Source of the DNA: an uncultured delta proteobacterium
GTDB taxonomy: Bacteria; Myxococcota; Kuafuiibacteriia; Kuafuiibacteriales; Kuafuiibacteriaceae
Assembly: GCA_963803435.1 (NCBI GenBank)
Contig: CAWDML010000009.1
Location: forward strand, 1,568,001 to 1,632,000
DNA length: 64,000 bases
Direction of reading: 5' to 3'
Shown here: positions 37,772-55,820 of the stretch, in pieces
Numbering within the stretch: position 1 is the stretch's first letter
How the letters are laid out: every line of letters starts with the position of its first letter
Program-made: the position numbers and the translations under genes
The notes under the pieces: generated by a model
Told to the model about the DNA's origin: nothing
Databases searched by the model: none
What the model saw: the letters and a program-made list of their open reading frames with translations, nothing else

Positions 37772-40166
37772 AACGAGTTGCCGATCGAGAACTCGAAGAG
37801 GGGGCCCTTGTCGTCGCTGGGGCGGCGGGTCAGCGGGATGCCCCACTCGAAGCGGAGCGGGCCGATCGGTGAGAACCAGCGGAACCCAAAGCCCACGGAC
37901 CAGAAGAGGCCGAGGGGCAGTGACTTCAGATCGAAGCGGTTCGGATCGTCGACGTCGCGCTGCTGCTCGCGGACCTTGCCGCCGAGATAAAAGAAGTTCT
38001 CCTCCTCGGCGAACACGTTGCCCGCGTCGAGGAAGACCACGCCCTTGATGCCGACCGCTTCGAAGATTGGGAACTCGATCTCGAGGTTCGCCAGGAACTC
38101 CTTGTTGCCGCCCTCGATGAACACGAAGGTGTCGGAGTACGGATCGTAGCTCTTGCTGCCGCGATCGTTCCGGGTGACGCGGCGCTCTGGCCCGATGCTG
38201 AACGGCAGGTAGCCGCGGACCGTGTTGATGCCGCCCATGATGAACTTCTCGGAGGGCGACAGCGGCTGGTCGGAGGTGGAGAGCAGATAGCCGGCCCGCA
38301 GCGAGAGCTTCCCGACGAAGCCCCAGGATCGATCGGGTAGTAGAACCGGGTCACCGCACGGTAGCGCTGGAAGGTCCGCGTGTCCGAGGCGCCCAGCCAG
38401 CTGGTGGAGAACTCCGCCGACAGCGTGTGGAACATCCCCTTGCTGGGGAACAGCCGGTTGTCGCGCGTGTCGTAGCTGAACGTGCCGCGCAGGGACGAGA
38501 TCCGGCCCGAGTTGTTGAGCGGCTGGAACGCCGGCTGGCCGGACGCGCCCTCGTCGGTACCGCTCCGTACGAACTCGAGGTTGTAGGTGAGGAAGACGTC
38601 GATGCTGTCGGTGATCGGGTGGCCGAACGTCAGGCTGCCGCCGCTCGAGGAGCGAATGAAGGAGCGGAACTGGGTCTCGGTGTTGAACGCGTTGAACGAG
38701 AAGCGCCAGTCGGTGTCGAAGAAGTACGGCTCGGAGAAGGACAGCTGGAAGAGCTGCCGGAGCCGGGAGATCTGCGCGGAGATGGCCACCGACTGACCCC
38801 GCCCGAGGAAGTTGTCCTGCTGGATCTGGGCGGTGGCGATGAAGCTCTCCGCGCTGGAGAAGCCGGCGCCGATCTGGAACGTGCCGGTAGCCTTCTCCCT
38901 GATCTCGATGTCCACGATCTGCTGGTTGTCGTTGGTGCCCCGGCGCGTCTTGACGTCGACCTTCTCGAAGTAGCCGAGCGCCAGCACGCGCCGGCGCGAG
39001 ATCTCCCGCTTGCTCGCCGACGTGAGCTCACCCTCGTAGATCCGGAGCTCTCGGCGGATCACCTTGTCGCGGGTCTTCGTGTTCCCGACGATGTTGATCC
39101 GCTCGTAGAAGACCTTCTGGCCCTTCTGCACGTCGAACGTGATGTCGATGAGTTTCTGATCGGCGTGCACCGACGTCACCGGGGTGATGTTGGCGTACGC
39201 GTAGCCCTCGTCCTCGTAGCGTGTCTTCAGCCCGAGGAGGTCCTGGCCCAGCGTCGATCGGTTGAAGACCTCCCCCGTCTCGAGGTGCGTGAGGTCCTCG
39301 AGCTTCGCCTTGTCGTCGATGAGGTCCCCGGAGAAGTCGACCTGCCCCACCGAGAACTGATCGCCCTCCTCGATCCGGATCGTGATGTAGATGTACTTGC
39401 GATCCGGCGAGATCTCGATGTCCGGGGTGTCGATCTTCACGTTGATGTAGCCCTGATCGAAGTAGGCGCTGCTGAGGCGCAGCAGATCGACCTGGAATGC
39501 GTCCTTGCGGTAGGTCCCGGCGCCGGTCAGGAACGAGATCAGGTTCCCCTCCTGCGTCTGGAGGCCCGACTTCAGGTAGTCGGACTCGATGTGCCGATTG
39601 CCGACGAACCGGATCCGCCGCACCTCGACCTTGGCGTTCTCGACGATCTCGAAGACCACCGTGACCTGGTTGTTGCCCGACGGCTCGACCTTCGACTCGA
39701 CCTCGGCCAGATAGAAGCCCTTCTCGTTGTAGAGATCTTTGATCTTCTCGAGGTTCTTCTTGATCTTGGCGTCGTTCAGGATCGTGAACGGACGGATGTC
39801 CACCACCTCTTTGACGTCGTCGTCGGAGATCTCGTCGTTGCCCCGGATCTCCACCGCCCGCACCGCCGGCTTCTCGGTGACGACGAAGATCAGCTTCACG
39901 CCCCCCGTCGGAGTGTCTTCCTTGTAGGCCTTGACGTCCTCGAAGTAGCCCATCGCGTAGATGGCCCGGATGTCCTCGGAGACGTTCTTGGCCGCGTACG
40001 GCTTGCCCTGTTTGCTGCTGAGGACCAGCTTGACCGCCGGGGGCTCCACCCGGCCCAGGCCTTCGAACTCGATGGATTCGACGATCGGCCCCTCTTCCTG
40101 CGCGAGGGCGTTCGCGCCCGACAGCAGGATCACCAGGGCCGCGGCCCATGTGGGGCGGGCTCTCAC
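37768..40166 (-). CDS. bamA: Outer-membrane protein assembly factor BamA, frameshifted near 38330
   Basis: POTRA repeats (GNTKTRDKVIRRE, YEDEGYAYA), barrel TGTFQIGAGFSS, YDTRDN, VRGY, SPIGPLRFEWG, FSIGNSF. Confidence 0.95.
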
Positions 40167-40250
40167 GCCGGCCGCGTATAGCAGGAAGGTGCGCGGAGAA
40201 ACACGAGAAATCCGATGTGAGCGCCATTCTTCGGCGGGCGCCGGCGGAGG

Positions 40251-42833
<2,583 letters not shown>

Positions 42834-42913
42834 CGCTCCGATGAGTAGATACGGGCCCGAATGGGACAAGCGCCGGCGCCAATATTTCGTGACGGAGCTG
42901 ATATACAGAGGCC

Positions 42914-44248
42914 ATGCGGGATCTCTTCGAGGCGGCCGCGGACAAACCGAGCGATCGCGATCCGCTCGCCGATCGCATGCGCCCGGCGACGCTGGGCGAG
43001 GTCGTGGGACAGGACCAGATCCTGGGGGAGAAACGCCTGCTCCGCAGCTTGATCGAGGGCGATCGAGTCCCCTCGCTGATCCTCTGGGGCCCCCCCGGGA
43101 CCGGCAAGACCACCATCGCCCGGCTGATCGCGAAGAAGACGCACGCCCGCTTCGAGTCGCTCTCCGCCGTGCTCTCGGGCGTCGCCGATCTCCGCAAGGT
43201 GCTCGCCGAGGCGAAGCGCGCCCGGGGCGAGCGGGGCGAGCGGACCATCCTCTTCGTCGACGAGATCCACCGCTGGTCCAAGTCGCAGCAGGACGCGCTC
43301 CTCGAGGCCGTCGAGCGCGGGATCGTCACGCTGATCGGCGCCACCACCGAGAACCCCTCCTTCGAGCTCAACGCGGCGCTGCTCTCGCGCACGCGCGTCT
43401 TCGTGCTGGAGCCGATCGGTGAGGAGGACCTGATCGCCCTGCTCCAGCGCGCGCTCGCCGATCGAGAGCGCGGCCTCGGCCGGGAGTCGTTGGAGGTCGA
43501 ACCGGACGCCCTCGCCGTGATCGCGCGCGGCGCCTGGGGCGACGCCCGCCGCGCCCTCTCGGTCCTGGAGATCGCCGCGCGCGACGCTCTGCTCGCCGCC
43601 GAGGCGCGACCGGCGCCGCTCACCGGCGCGCTGGCGGAGGAGGCGCTGCAGCACCGGACCCTGCTCTACGACAAGGCCGGCGACGAGCACTACGGCGTGA
43701 TCTCCGCCTTCATCAAGTCGATGCGCGGCTCCGACCCGGACGCGGCCGCCTACTATCTGGTGCGCATGCTGGAGAGCGGAGAGGATCCGCGCTTCCTCCT
43801 CCGCCGCATGGTGATCTTCGCGTCCGAGGACGTCGGCAACGCGGACCCCACGGCGCTGGCGGTGGCGGTGAACGCGCTCCAGGCGTTCGAGCTGGTCGGC
43901 CTGCCCGAGGGCGTGCTGCCGATGACCCAATGTGCAACCTACCTTGCGTCGGCCCCCAAATCGAACACGGCCCTCACCACCTACAGCGCGGCGCGCAAGG
44001 CGGTGACCGAGCACGGCCCGCTGGCGGTCCCGGCGAAGCTGCTCAACGCGGTGACCGGGCTGCAGAAGCAACTCGGCCAGGGGAAGGCGTACAAGTACCC
44101 GCACGACCTAGGCGGGATCGCGCCCGGCGAGACGTATCTGCCCGACGCGCTGGTCGGCCGGCGCTTCTATCAGCCCGCCGGGGTCGGCGCGGAGGCCGCG
44201 ATCAAGGCGCGCCTCGACGCCTGGCGCGCGCTGATCAAGTCGACTTGA
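42914..44248 (+). CDS. rarA: Replication-associated recombination protein A (RarA/MgsA)
   Basis: [50 protein letters not shown]. Confidence 0.95.
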   Translation: MRDLFEAAADKPSDRDPLADRMRPATLGEVVGQDQILGEKRLLRSLIEGDRVPSLILWGPPGTGKTTIARLIAKKTHARFESLSAVLSGVADLRKVLAEAKRARGERGERTILFVDEIHRWSKSQQDALLEAVERGIVTLIGATTENPSFELNAALLSRTRVFVLEPIGEEDLIALLQRALADRERGLGRESLEVEPDALAVIARGAWGDARRALSVLEIAARDALLAAEARPAPLTGALAEEALQHRTLLYDKAGDEHYGVISAFIKSMRGSDPDAAAYYLVRMLESGEDPRFLLRRMVIFASEDVGNADPTALAVAVNALQAFELVGLPEGVLPMTQCATYLASAPKSNTALTTYSAARKAVTEHGPLAVPAKLLNAVTGLQKQLGQGKAYKYPHDLGGIAPGETYLPDALVGRRFYQPAGVGAEAAIKARLDAWRALIKST

Positions 44249-45569
44249 TCACCTTCTGCGTGATCAGCTCCGCGAGGATGCGGACGGTGTCCAGCCGATC
44301 CATCCCGGACAGCGCGATCAGGTCCTCGTAGGTCACCGAGCCGTCGATCTGACTGAGGATGAAGCCGGCGCGGTGATTCAGGTTCAACCAGATCACTTCC
44401 TCACTCGAGAGCCTCACCTTGGGCACGCCGTCGGTCGGTCCGATCTTCGACTCGTACATCTTGAGCAGATTCATCCGGCAGGAGGCACGCAGCTTGTTCG
44501 CCTCGTCGGAGCGCTGGTGGGCGGGGATCTGCTCCACCAGCTCGATGACCCCCTGGAAGTCGTGAAGGCTCATCCGGTCCTTCGCGTCGGAGAGGATCTG
44601 CTCGGGCGTCCGACGCTTCTCCTTCTTCGGGGAGGCGGACGGCGCCATCTCGACCGCGTCCTCGAAGACGATCTCGCCGCTCGGCGACTCCTTCCAGGCG
44701 GGATCATCCATGTCGAGCGCGTATGAGCCGCTATCCTGCGGGAGGTCGAGCGTGGGCGCGCGTCGGATCATCAGATCGCCGGTGGAGCGCATGTACTCCA
44801 CCAGCGCGCCGTCGTCCTGGACCCGGCCGAAGAAGCGCTCCTTGTCGATGTCCGGGAGCGGGGTCGGCTCGGCGACTGCGTCGAACTCCTCGTAGCGATC
44901 GTCGAGGGTCACCACCGAGGTCCGCGACGGTCCTTCGTCCCACGGAGTCCGATCGCCTCCGGTGGTCGAGATCATGGCGGGATCCGACGCAGCCGCGAAG
45001 TCGAGGGGGTCGGACGTCATCTGAGGAATGTCGGGCGCGATCAGCTCGTCCGGTTCGTCCGGTGGCGGCGGCCACACGCTGCGTCCGGGCAGCGGTGCCT
45101 CCGTGGCCCAGGCATCATCATCGAACGTGGGCGCCGCCAGGAACGTCGAAGGTGCGGGCACGCCCGCGGGCTTCTGCATCGCCTCGGCCCACTCGCGGTT
45201 GTCGAGATCCAGGGACCCGAGATCGCGATTGAGATCCTCCGGGCTCGGTCGCTCGTAGAGCGGGTCCACCGCGGGCGCCGGCGGCACGGGCTTGTCGATC
45301 CGGACGTCCTGGGGCGGCGGCGGATCCGGCTCCAGCACCAGCGCGAAGTCCTCGCCGGGGCCGCGCAACCCCGGGATTGGCGTGCGCCGCTCGATCGCCT
45401 GGAGGAGCCGGAGGCACTCCTTGATCTTGGGGTGATCGGGCTCGAGGAGCATCGCGCGATCCCACCAGGCCCGCGCGGCCTCGAGGTCCCGCCGGCCGAA
45501 CCAGTACAATCCAGCGCGAATGCAATCGTCCGCGTTCGGATCGTTTCCGCCGTAGGACTCGTCGCTCAA
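44235..45569 (-). CDS. Hypothetical protein: N-terminal TPR-like helices, acidic Pro-rich linker, C-terminal winged-helix-like module
   Basis: 444-aa ORF 3 nt after the dnaK stop; C-terminal GFILSQIDGSVTYEDLIALSGM. Confidence 0.7.
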   Translation of the reverse strand: MSDESYGGNDPNADDCIRAGLYWFGRRDLEAARAWWDRAMLLEPDHPKIKECLRLLQAIERRTPIPGLRGPGEDFALVLEPDPPPPQDVRIDKPVPPAPAVDPLYERPSPEDLNRDLGSLDLDNREWAEAMQKPAGVPAPSTFLAAPTFDDDAWATEAPLPGRSVWPPPPDEPDELIAPDIPQMTSDPLDFAAASDPAMISTTGGDRTPWDEGPSRTSVVTLDDRYEEFDAVAEPTPLPDIDKERFFGRVQDDGALVEYMRSTGDLMIRRAPTLDLPQDSGSYALDMDDPAWKESPSGEIVFEDAVEMAPSASPKKEKRRTPEQILSDAKDRMSLHDFQGVIELVEQIPAHQRSDEANKLRASCRMNLLKMYESKIGPTDGVPKVRLSSEEVIWLNLNHRAGFILSQIDGSVTYEDLIALSGMDRLDTVRILAELITQKVIKST

Positions 45570-45572
45570 ACC

Positions 45573-47408
45573 CTAGCCCATCTTCTGCGCCACTCCTCGT
45601 AGCATGCGCAGTGTCCGCTCGAGCGGCTCGCGCGAAGACTTCAATGCTTCGAGCGATCGCATGTCGATCGCGCTCTGGGCGCGTCGCAGCGCGCCGTCGG
45701 CCTTGGCCAGCGCCTCTTTGCCGAAGTCGGAGCCGCTCATGAACCCGCTCACCTGCGGGATGATCGTCTGGATGTCGCGAATGATCGCCTCCACCTCGGC
45801 GCACTCCTGCGCGAAGGCGTCGGTCTGCTTGACGCCGACGGCGTAGTCCGAGGCCTCTTGCGCCATCTTCCGGATCTCGTCCTCGGTCAGGCCCGAGGTG
45901 GCCGTGACCGTGATGCTCTGCTGCAGGCCGGTCTCGAGATCCTTCGCCGAGACCGAGACGATGCCGTCGGCGGAGATCTCGAAGGTGACCTCGATCTCGA
46001 CCTCGCCGCGCGGGGCCTCGCGGAGCCCGGACAGGATGAACTCGCCCAGGAGCTCGTTCTCCTCGGCCCGGAGCGAGTCACCCTGAAACACCATGATCCG
46101 CACCGAGGTCTGGTTGTCCCGGACGGTGGTGAACACGTGGCTCGCGGAGGTCGGGACCGTGGTGTTCTTCTCGATGATCGTCTGGAAGTAGCCGCCGACG
46201 ATCATGATGCCGAGGTTGTGCGGCGTGACGTCGAGCAGGAGCACGCTCGAGCGCTCGTCGAGCAGCGACGCGCCCTGGATGGCGGCGCCCAGCGCGACGA
46301 CCTCGTCAGCGTTGACGCTCTTCGACGGCGAGAGCCCGAAGAACTCCTTCACCATCTCCTGGAGGCGAGGCGTGCGGGTCTGGCCGCCGACCAGGATGAC
46401 GTCGTCGAGCTCCTTCTTGTCGATCCCGGCGTCCTTGAGCGTCTTCTCGCAGATCTGGATGCAGCGCTCGCAGAGATCGATCACCAGATCCTCGAACTTC
46501 TCGCGGGTGAGCGTGCGCTGCAGGTGGAGGGCGTCGTTCTTGCCGGTCGAGATGATGAACGGGAGGTTGATCTCCGTCTGGGGTGCGCTCGAGAGCTCGC
46601 ACTTGGCCTTCTCGGCGGCGTCGCGGATCCGTTGGAGCGCCATCCGATCTTTCCGCAGATCGATCTTGTGCTCCTTGAGGAAGCCGAAGACGAGCCACTC
46701 GATGATGCGATTGTCGAAGTCCTCGCCGCCCAGATAGGTGTCGCCGGCGGTCGCCATCACCTCGAACACGCCCGAGCCAATCTCCAGGATCGAGATGTCG
46801 AACGTGCCCCCGCCCAGATCGAAGACGGCGACCTTGCGGTCGATCGACTTGCCGTAGCCGTACGCGAGCGAGGCCGCGGTGGGCTCGTTGATGATCCGGA
46901 CCACGTCGAGCCCGGCGATCCGGCCGGCGTCCTTGGTCGCCTGACGCTGGCCATCGTTGAAGTACGCGGGCACGGTGATCACGCACTTCTCGATCTCGCG
47001 CTCGAGATACTGCTCCGCGATCAGCTTCATCTCCGAGAGGATCATCGAGCTGATCTCGGGGAGGCTGTAGATCTTGTCTCGCAGCGCGATCCGGACGTCG
47101 TGATGCGGGCCTTCGATCAGCTTGTAGCTGCAGGTCTCGAGGGCGGCCGCCACCGCGGGCGAGTTCCACTTGCGGCCGATCAGCCGCTTGCTGGCATACA
47201 CCGTCCCTTCGGGGTTCGTGATCGCCTGCCGCTTCGCGATGTGTCCGATCAAGCGACGACCGCTCTCGGCGATCGCGACGATCGACGGGGTGGTACGATA
47301 TCCCGCGCGATTGGGGATCACCTTCGGAACGCCGTCTTCGACGATGGCGACGACCGAGTTGGTCGTCCCTAGATCGATTCCAATGATCGGTTCGGTGGCC
47401 ACCCGCAA
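45573..47408 (-). CDS. dnaK: DnaK/Hsp70 chaperone (paralog-like, no long C-terminal tail)
   Basis: [51 protein letters not shown]. Confidence 0.93.
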   Translation of the reverse strand: MRVATEPIIGIDLGTTNSVVAIVEDGVPKVIPNRAGYRTTPSIVAIAESGRRLIGHIAKRQAITNPEGTVYASKRLIGRKWNSPAVAAALETCSYKLIEGPHHDVRIALRDKIYSLPEISSMILSEMKLIAEQYLEREIEKCVITVPAYFNDGQRQATKDAGRIAGLDVVRIINEPTAASLAYGYGKSIDRKVAVFDLGGGTFDISILEIGSGVFEVMATAGDTYLGGEDFDNRIIEWLVFGFLKEHKIDLRKDRMALQRIRDAAEKAKCELSSAPQTEINLPFIISTGKNDALHLQRTLTREKFEDLVIDLCERCIQICEKTLKDAGIDKKELDDVILVGGQTRTPRLQEMVKEFFGLSPSKSVNADEVVALGAAIQGASLLDERSSVLLLDVTPHNLGIMIVGGYFQTIIEKNTTVPTSASHVFTTVRDNQTSVRIMVFQGDSLRAEENELLGEFILSGLREAPRGEVEIEVTFEISADGIVSVSAKDLETGLQQSITVTATSGLTEDEIRKMAQEASDYAVGVKQTDAFAQECAEVEAIIRDIQTIIPQVSGFMSGSDFGKEALAKADGALRRAQSAIDMRSLEALKSSREPLERTLRMLRGVAQKMG

Positions 47409-47424
47409 TTACCCCCCGCGTCCC

Positions 47425-48633
47425 CTAGAAGCCCCACTTCAACTTCTTCAGCCTCTTCTTGGCGTCTTCGTAGTTGGGCTTCAGGTCGACGGCCGTCTTG
47501 TACTCGCGGATAGCCGCCTTCTCCATGCCGCCCCTTTCGTAACACAATCCGAGGACGAAGTGCGCCTCCGGCTCGTTGGGGAGCAGCGAGACCGCCTTCT
47601 GTGCGTGGGCGTTCGCCTCATGGGGATCCCGACCGCTCATCAAGAGATTGAAGGCGAGCCGGACCCGGGCCTCGCCGTTGTCGGGTGACAGTCGCACCAC
47701 TTCGCCGAACGCGATCACCGCATTGTCCCAGTTGGTCATCGACTCCTCGTGGGCGCCGCGCCGGAGGAAGGGGCCAATCTTGAACTGTCCGGCCGACACG
47801 CGCAGCTCCTCCTCGAGCGCCTTGTACTCGTCCTTCGGATCGTACGCGACCGCGGTCTGGACCGACCGGAGCGCTTCGAGGAGCGTCCCGTCGTCCCGTA
47901 GCCGCTGCGCATCCTCGTAGAACTGCTTGGCTTTGCTGATTCGCTGCCGGATCGGGTTCTTCTTCTTGCGGCGCTGGGCCGCCTCGACCACCCGCCGCGC
48001 CTCCCGCTCCTGCTTGCGCTGCTTGGCCTGCATCTCGGCGATCGCCTCCTCGTCGAGCATCAGGATGTTCGCCTCGTCGTACTTCTCGCGCGCGTCGGGA
48101 TCGGACAGCGTCTGGTAGGCCTCCTGGATCTTCTTGAAGATGTCCTCGATCATCCGCTTGAACGATCCGAGGTTCGGCTTCCGAAACCGATCCGGGTGCC
48201 ACTCCTTGCTCCGCTCGAAATATGCTTTTTTGAGGTCTTTCGCATCGTCCTTTCGATGCGCCTGGAGCAGCTCGTAGAACGTCCACTTCGTGAGGTGATC
48301 GTGGACCCAGATGATCCGCTTGCGGGTGTCGGAGTCGAGGTCGCCCTCCTCCATCATCAGGCTCGGGGGAAAGATGAAGCTCCCGAACTCGCTGGCGGGC
48401 TCACCCTCGTCGTCGCTCCCGTTCGCCGTCAAGACGATCAGCCCGGCGCGCGAGAGCCGGTTGAGGATCTTCTGGGTCTCCTCCCGGGTCTTTCCGATGA
48501 TGATGGCGATGTCCTTCACCGACGTGTGCCCGTCGATGCGGGATGCGATGAACCCCTCCTCGACGGAGAGCCCGGCTTGGGTGAGGTCGATGCCCTGCCG
48601 CATCCGGGGGATCAGTTCCTCCGCGCCTGGCAT
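47425..48633 (-). CDS. J-domain protein with TPR repeats
   Basis: LKKAYFERSKEWHPDRF...IQEAYQTLSDP; C-terminal TPRs (AHFVLGLCY). Confidence 0.88.
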   Translation of the reverse strand: MPGAEELIPRMRQGIDLTQAGLSVEEGFIASRIDGHTSVKDIAIIIGKTREETQKILNRLSRAGLIVLTANGSDDEGEPASEFGSFIFPPSLMMEEGDLDSDTRKRIIWVHDHLTKWTFYELLQAHRKDDAKDLKKAYFERSKEWHPDRFRKPNLGSFKRMIEDIFKKIQEAYQTLSDPDAREKYDEANILMLDEEAIAEMQAKQRKQEREARRVVEAAQRRKKKNPIRQRISKAKQFYEDAQRLRDDGTLLEALRSVQTAVAYDPKDEYKALEEELRVSAGQFKIGPFLRRGAHEESMTNWDNAVIAFGEVVRLSPDNGEARVRLAFNLLMSGRDPHEANAHAQKAVSLLPNEPEAHFVLGLCYERGGMEKAAIREYKTAVDLKPNYEDAKKRLKKLKWGF

Positions 48634-48673
48634 TCCTAGCCAGAAGAGGATGTTCCACGCCCCAGAAGCCGGG

Positions 48674-49893
48674 TCAAGACGCCGGCTTCGAGAGCGAACC
48701 GAGCGCGTCGTCGAGGACGGCGAGCGCCCAATCCACGTGCGGCGCCTCCAGGATGAGCGGCGGCGCGAGCCGGACCACGCCGGGCCCGGCCACGTGCACC
48801 AGCACGCCGCGTTCCCGACATGCTCGCACGACATCGGCGGCTGTGAAGCGTGCGTCACTTCGAAGCGCGGCGCCAATCAGGAGACCCCGACCGCGCACGT
48901 CTTCGATGACCGGGTGCCGCTCGCCGAGCGCGGCCAGCCCGGCGAAGAGTCGATCCGCGACCCTTCGCACCTGATCCAGGAAGCCCGGCGCCGAGACCAC
49001 GTCGAGCACTACCTGTCCCAGCGAGCAGGCCACCGGATTCCCACCGAAGGTCGTCCCATGCACGCCGTACGCGAGCGCCTTCGCGACGGACCGCGCGGCC
49101 AGCGTGGCGCCCAGCGGCAGGCCCCCGCCGAGCGACTTGGCCAGCGTCATGATGTCCGGCACCACGTCTTCGCCCTGGTAGGCGAACATCCGTCCGGTGC
49201 GCCCGATACCGACCTGGACCTCGTCGAAGACGAGCAGCGCGCCCCGGCTCACGGTCATCTCGCGGAGGGCCGCCAGGAACCCCGACGGCGGCGCCCGTAC
49301 CCCGCCCTCACCCTGGATCGGCTCGACGATCACCGCGGCGGTCCGAGGTCCGATCGCGCGGTGGGCCGCCTCGGGGTCGCCGAAGGGGACGTGCACGAAG
49401 TCGCCCGGGAGCGGCGCGAAGCCCTCGTGGTACTTCGGCTGGCCCGTCGCCGCCAGCGCCCCGAGCGTCCGCCCGTGGAACGAGTGGAGAAACGAGACGA
49501 TCTCGGTTCGCGATCGCTCTCCCCGCTCCCACGCGTGGCGGCGCGCCATCTTGATCGCGGCCTCGTTCGCCTCCGCACCCGAGTTGCAGAAGAACACGGC
49601 CTCGGCGAAGGACAGCTCGCACAGCTTCTCGGCGAGCTCGATCGACGGGCGGTTCAGGTAGAGGTTCGAGGTGTGCAGGACCCGCTCGGCCTGTGCGTTC
49701 AGCGCCGCCACCAGCTTCGGGTGGTGATGCCCGAGCGCGTTGACGGCGATGCCGGAGACCATGTCGAGGTAACGGTTGCCTTCGACGTCGATCACCTCGA
49801 CGCCCTCGCCACGCTCGATGACGATCTCGGCCGGCCGGTAATTGGGCACGAAGACCCGCTGGAATCGCTCGGACCACTCCCGATTGCTTTCGC

Positions 49894-49897
<4 letters not shown>
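48674..49897 (-). CDS. argD: Acetylornithine aminotransferase
   Basis: [54 protein letters not shown]. Confidence 0.92.
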
Positions 49898-51266
<1,369 letters not shown>

Positions 51267-51270
<4 letters not shown>

Positions 51271-51797
51271 TGGCCGAGCTCCAGAACCGTGATCCCGGTG
51301 TTGGTGTAGATGCAGATCTCGGCGGCGATCCCCAGCGCCTCCTCGACCACCTTCCTCGGACCGAGCTCCGAGTGCTTGGTGAGCGCGCGGGCCGCCGCCA
51401 GCGCCATCGGCCCACCGCTGCCGATCGCGCAGATTCCGTCCTCGGGCTCGATCACGTCTCCATTGCCCGAGAGCACCAGCGTCTTCTCGACGTCCGCCAC
51501 GATCAACATCGCCTCGAGGCGCCGGAGGAACCGATCCGTCCGCCAGTCCTTGGCCAGCTCGACCGCCGAGCGGAGGAGCTGGCCGTTGAACTCCTTGAGC
51601 TTGCCCTCGAAGCGTTCGAACAGCGTGAAGGCGTCGGCGGTCGACCCGGCAAAGCCGCCGATGACGCGACCCTCCATGAGGGTCCGAACCTTCTTCGCGT
51701 TCGCTTTGATGACGGTCTGCCCGAGCGTCACCTGGCCGTCCCCGCCGACCGCCACGTGGCGTCCCTGTCGAGCGGTCACGACGGTGGTCCCGTGCAT
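51267..51797 (-). CDS. hslV: HslV protease subunit
   Basis: MHGTT N-terminus, [38 protein letters not shown]. Confidence 0.97.
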
Positions 51798-51845
51798 CTC
51801 CACGCTGCCTATCCAGCAAACCCCAACCATTCGGTCAACCGTTTC

Positions 51846-51874
51846 TCGACGCCGCGATCGGCGCGCTCTATGCT
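51846..51874 (+). promoter_or_regulatory. Putative sigma70 promoter for a leaderless xerC transcript
   Basis: TCGACG-N17-TATGCT, then 6 nt to GTG at 51881. Confidence 0.45.
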
Positions 51875-51880
51875 GCGCGC

Positions 51881-52846
51881 GTGCGGGAGCGGAGGCGGAG
51901 GAGGCGTCCTCGCCCGGACGAGGCGGACCGCCCCCCCGTCCGTACCACCCTGCCTGCGGCGATCGCCGACTTCCTCGACTATCTCGAGCACGAGCGCCGG
52001 CTGAGCCCGCGGACCGTGCGCGCGTACCGATCGGATCTCGACGCGCTCACCGCCTTCCTCGCCGACCAGGGCTTCGCGCGCGGTCCGGAGACCCTCGACG
52101 CCTCGATGATCCGGAGCTACCTGGCCGCGATCCACCCGGACACCTCCGCACGCACGCGCGCCCGCAAGCTGTCGAGCATCCGCAGCTTCTTTCGGTTCCT
52201 GGTGCGGCGTGGTCGAGTGAAGCGGAACGTCGGCCAGGAGATCCTCTCTCCCAAGCTCCCATCGCTGCTCCCGCGCGCGCTCCAGGTGGACGAGGTCTTC
52301 GGGATCATCGAGGCCCCCTCGCCCGACGATCCCCTCCATCACCGCGACCTGGCGATGTTCGAGCTCCTCTACGGCGCCGGGCTGCGCGCGCAGGAGCTGG
52401 TCGATCTCGACCTCACCCGGCTCGATCTCACGAAGCGCCGCGTGCGGGTGATCGGGAAGGGCAACAAGGAGCGCGTCGTCCCCTTCGGCCGGAAAGCCAA
52501 GGCGGCGCTCGAGCGCTGGCTGGCGCTGCGCCCTCAGCTCGCGCTGTTCGGCGAGAAAGCCGTGTTCGTTTCAAAAGAAGGGCGGCGGCTCTCCACGCGC
52601 GGCCTCCGACGCCGGCTCCACCGCCGGACGCGCGACATCGGGCTCGAGCGCCGCGTCACGCCCCACGTGCTTCGGCACAGCTTCGCCACGCACCTCCTCG
52701 ACGGCGGCGCCGACCTGCGCTCGATCCAGGAGATGCTGGGCCACGCCAGCCTGGGGACGACGCAGCGGTACACGGCGGTGTCCGTGGAGCACCTGCGGCG
52801 GGTGTACGATCACGCCCACCCACTGGGCGACGACCACGAAGAGTGA
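51881..52846 (+). CDS. xerC: Tyrosine recombinase XerC
   Basis: [50 protein letters not shown]; lies between trmFO and hslV. Confidence 0.9.
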   Translation: MRERRRRRRPRPDEADRPPVRTTLPAAIADFLDYLEHERRLSPRTVRAYRSDLDALTAFLADQGFARGPETLDASMIRSYLAAIHPDTSARTRARKLSSIRSFFRFLVRRGRVKRNVGQEILSPKLPSLLPRALQVDEVFGIIEAPSPDDPLHHRDLAMFELLYGAGLRAQELVDLDLTRLDLTKRRVRVIGKGNKERVVPFGRKAKAALERWLALRPQLALFGEKAVFVSKEGRRLSTRGLRRRLHRRTRDIGLERRVTPHVLRHSFATHLLDGGADLRSIQEMLGHASLGTTQRYTAVSVEHLRRVYDHAHPLGDDHEE

Positions 52847-52907
52847 TCTCGACACGGGCACCGTCACCGTCACGCCGCCTTGACGTGGGGTGGTCGTGGG
52901 TGCGGGC

Positions 52908-54254
52908 TCAGAGGTGCTCAACCGCCCACCAGCGATCGAGCTCGGCCAGCGCCCGCTCCCCGTACAACGTCTTCCGATCGCGCTTGCGCGCGCGTCCCTC
53001 CAGCGGCGGGCACAGACCCCAGTGAATGTTCGACGGCACGTGCCCCGCCTTCTTCGCCCCGGGCGTGCGCTCGAGGCCGAGCACGTGGCCGTAGAGTGCG
53101 CCGAGGGCGGTGGTCCTCGGCGGCACCGCGAGCGGGCGATCCCGCAGGCGGCGGGACGCGATCATCAGCGCCACCAGGAGGCCGCAGGCGGTGGACTCGA
53201 CATACCCCTCGACGCCGGTCACCTGCCCGGCGAAGCGCACGTGGGGCGCGGAGCGAAGGCGGAGCTCGGGGTCGAGGAGCTCGGGCGAGTCGACGTAGGT
53301 GTTGCGGTGGACCGAGCCCATGCGGAGCAGCTCGGCCTCTCGGAGGCCGGGGATCATGGCGAAGATCTCCCGCTGTGGTCCCCACTTCATCCGGGTCTGG
53401 AACCCGACCAGGTTGTAGGCGGTCTGATCGACGTTCTCGGCCCGGAGCTGGACGACCGCGTGCGGGATCTGTCCAGTGCGCGGATCCGGAAGACCGACCG
53501 GCTTCATCGGACCGAAGCGGAGCGTGTCGCGGCCGCGCTCGGCCATGACCTCGATCGGGAGGCAGCCCTCGAAGTAGCGGGCCTCCTCGAAGCCGTGCGC
53601 GCCGACCTTCTCGGCGGCCAGGACCGCGTCGACGAAGCGCTCGTAGGTCGGGCGGTCCATGGGACAGTTGAGGTAGTCGTCGCCGTCGCCCTTGCCGTAC
53701 CGGGAGGCGGCGTAGACCTCCGACATGTCGATGGTCTCCGCGCTGACGATCGGCGCGATCGCGTCGTAGAAGTAGAGCCGCTCCTTGCCGCCGCAGAGGG
53801 TCTCGAGCGCCGACGCGAGGTCGGGGCTGGTGAGGGGACCGGTGGCGATGACCAGCTCGTCGACCTCGCCGGAGTCCGGGATCGCAGTGATCTCGCGCTC
53901 GACCACCTCGATGTTGGGCTCGCGGCGAATCGCGTCGGTCACTGCCGCGCTGAACCGCTCTCGATCGACCGCCAGCGCGCCACCGGCCGGTACCTTGGTG
54001 TCGTCCGCAAATCGGATCAGGCGCCCGCCGATCCGGCGCATCTCCTCCTTGATCACACCGACGGCCGAGTCGAGGCCGGCGCCGCGGAACGAGTTCGAGC
54101 AGACCAGCTCCGCGTAGTGATCGCTCACCTGTGCGGGCGTCCGCTGGTGCGGCTTCATCTCGAAGAGACGGACCGGGATGCCGCGGCTCGCCAGCTGGAG
54201 CGCGGCCTCGCAGCCGGCCAGACCGGCGCCGATGATGAAGACCGGACGGGCCAT
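52908..54254 (-). CDS. trmFO: Folate-dependent tRNA m5U54 methyltransferase TrmFO
   Basis: [57 protein letters not shown]. Confidence 0.96.
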   Translation of the reverse strand: MARPVFIIGAGLAGCEAALQLASRGIPVRLFEMKPHQRTPAQVSDHYAELVCSNSFRGAGLDSAVGVIKEEMRRIGGRLIRFADDTKVPAGGALAVDRERFSAAVTDAIRREPNIEVVEREITAIPDSGEVDELVIATGPLTSPDLASALETLCGGKERLYFYDAIAPIVSAETIDMSEVYAASRYGKGDGDDYLNCPMDRPTYERFVDAVLAAEKVGAHGFEEARYFEGCLPIEVMAERGRDTLRFGPMKPVGLPDPRTGQIPHAVVQLRAENVDQTAYNLVGFQTRMKWGPQREIFAMIPGLREAELLRMGSVHRNTYVDSPELLDPELRLRSAPHVRFAGQVTGVEGYVESTACGLLVALMIASRRLRDRPLAVPPRTTALGALYGHVLGLERTPGAKKAGHVPSNIHWGLCPPLEGRARKRDRKTLYGERALAELDRWWAVEHL

Positions 54255-54265
54255 TCGGCGGCAGC

Positions 54266-55768
<1,503 letters not shown>

Positions 55769-55820
55769 GGCCGCCGGTGCCAAAGATGCCTTTGGACCCG
55801 CCACTCCGCAACGCAGGCGC

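Noticed and set aside
36400-38340. Programmed frameshifting or true pseudogenes in the kinase and bamA
   Set aside because: No slippery sites; coding signal stays strong between breaks and bamA is essential, so sequence error is more likely
51881-52846. Tyrosine recombinase as a phage integrase or invertase
   Set aside because: Size, motifs and trmFO/hslV context fit housekeeping XerC; no att sites or inverted repeats seen
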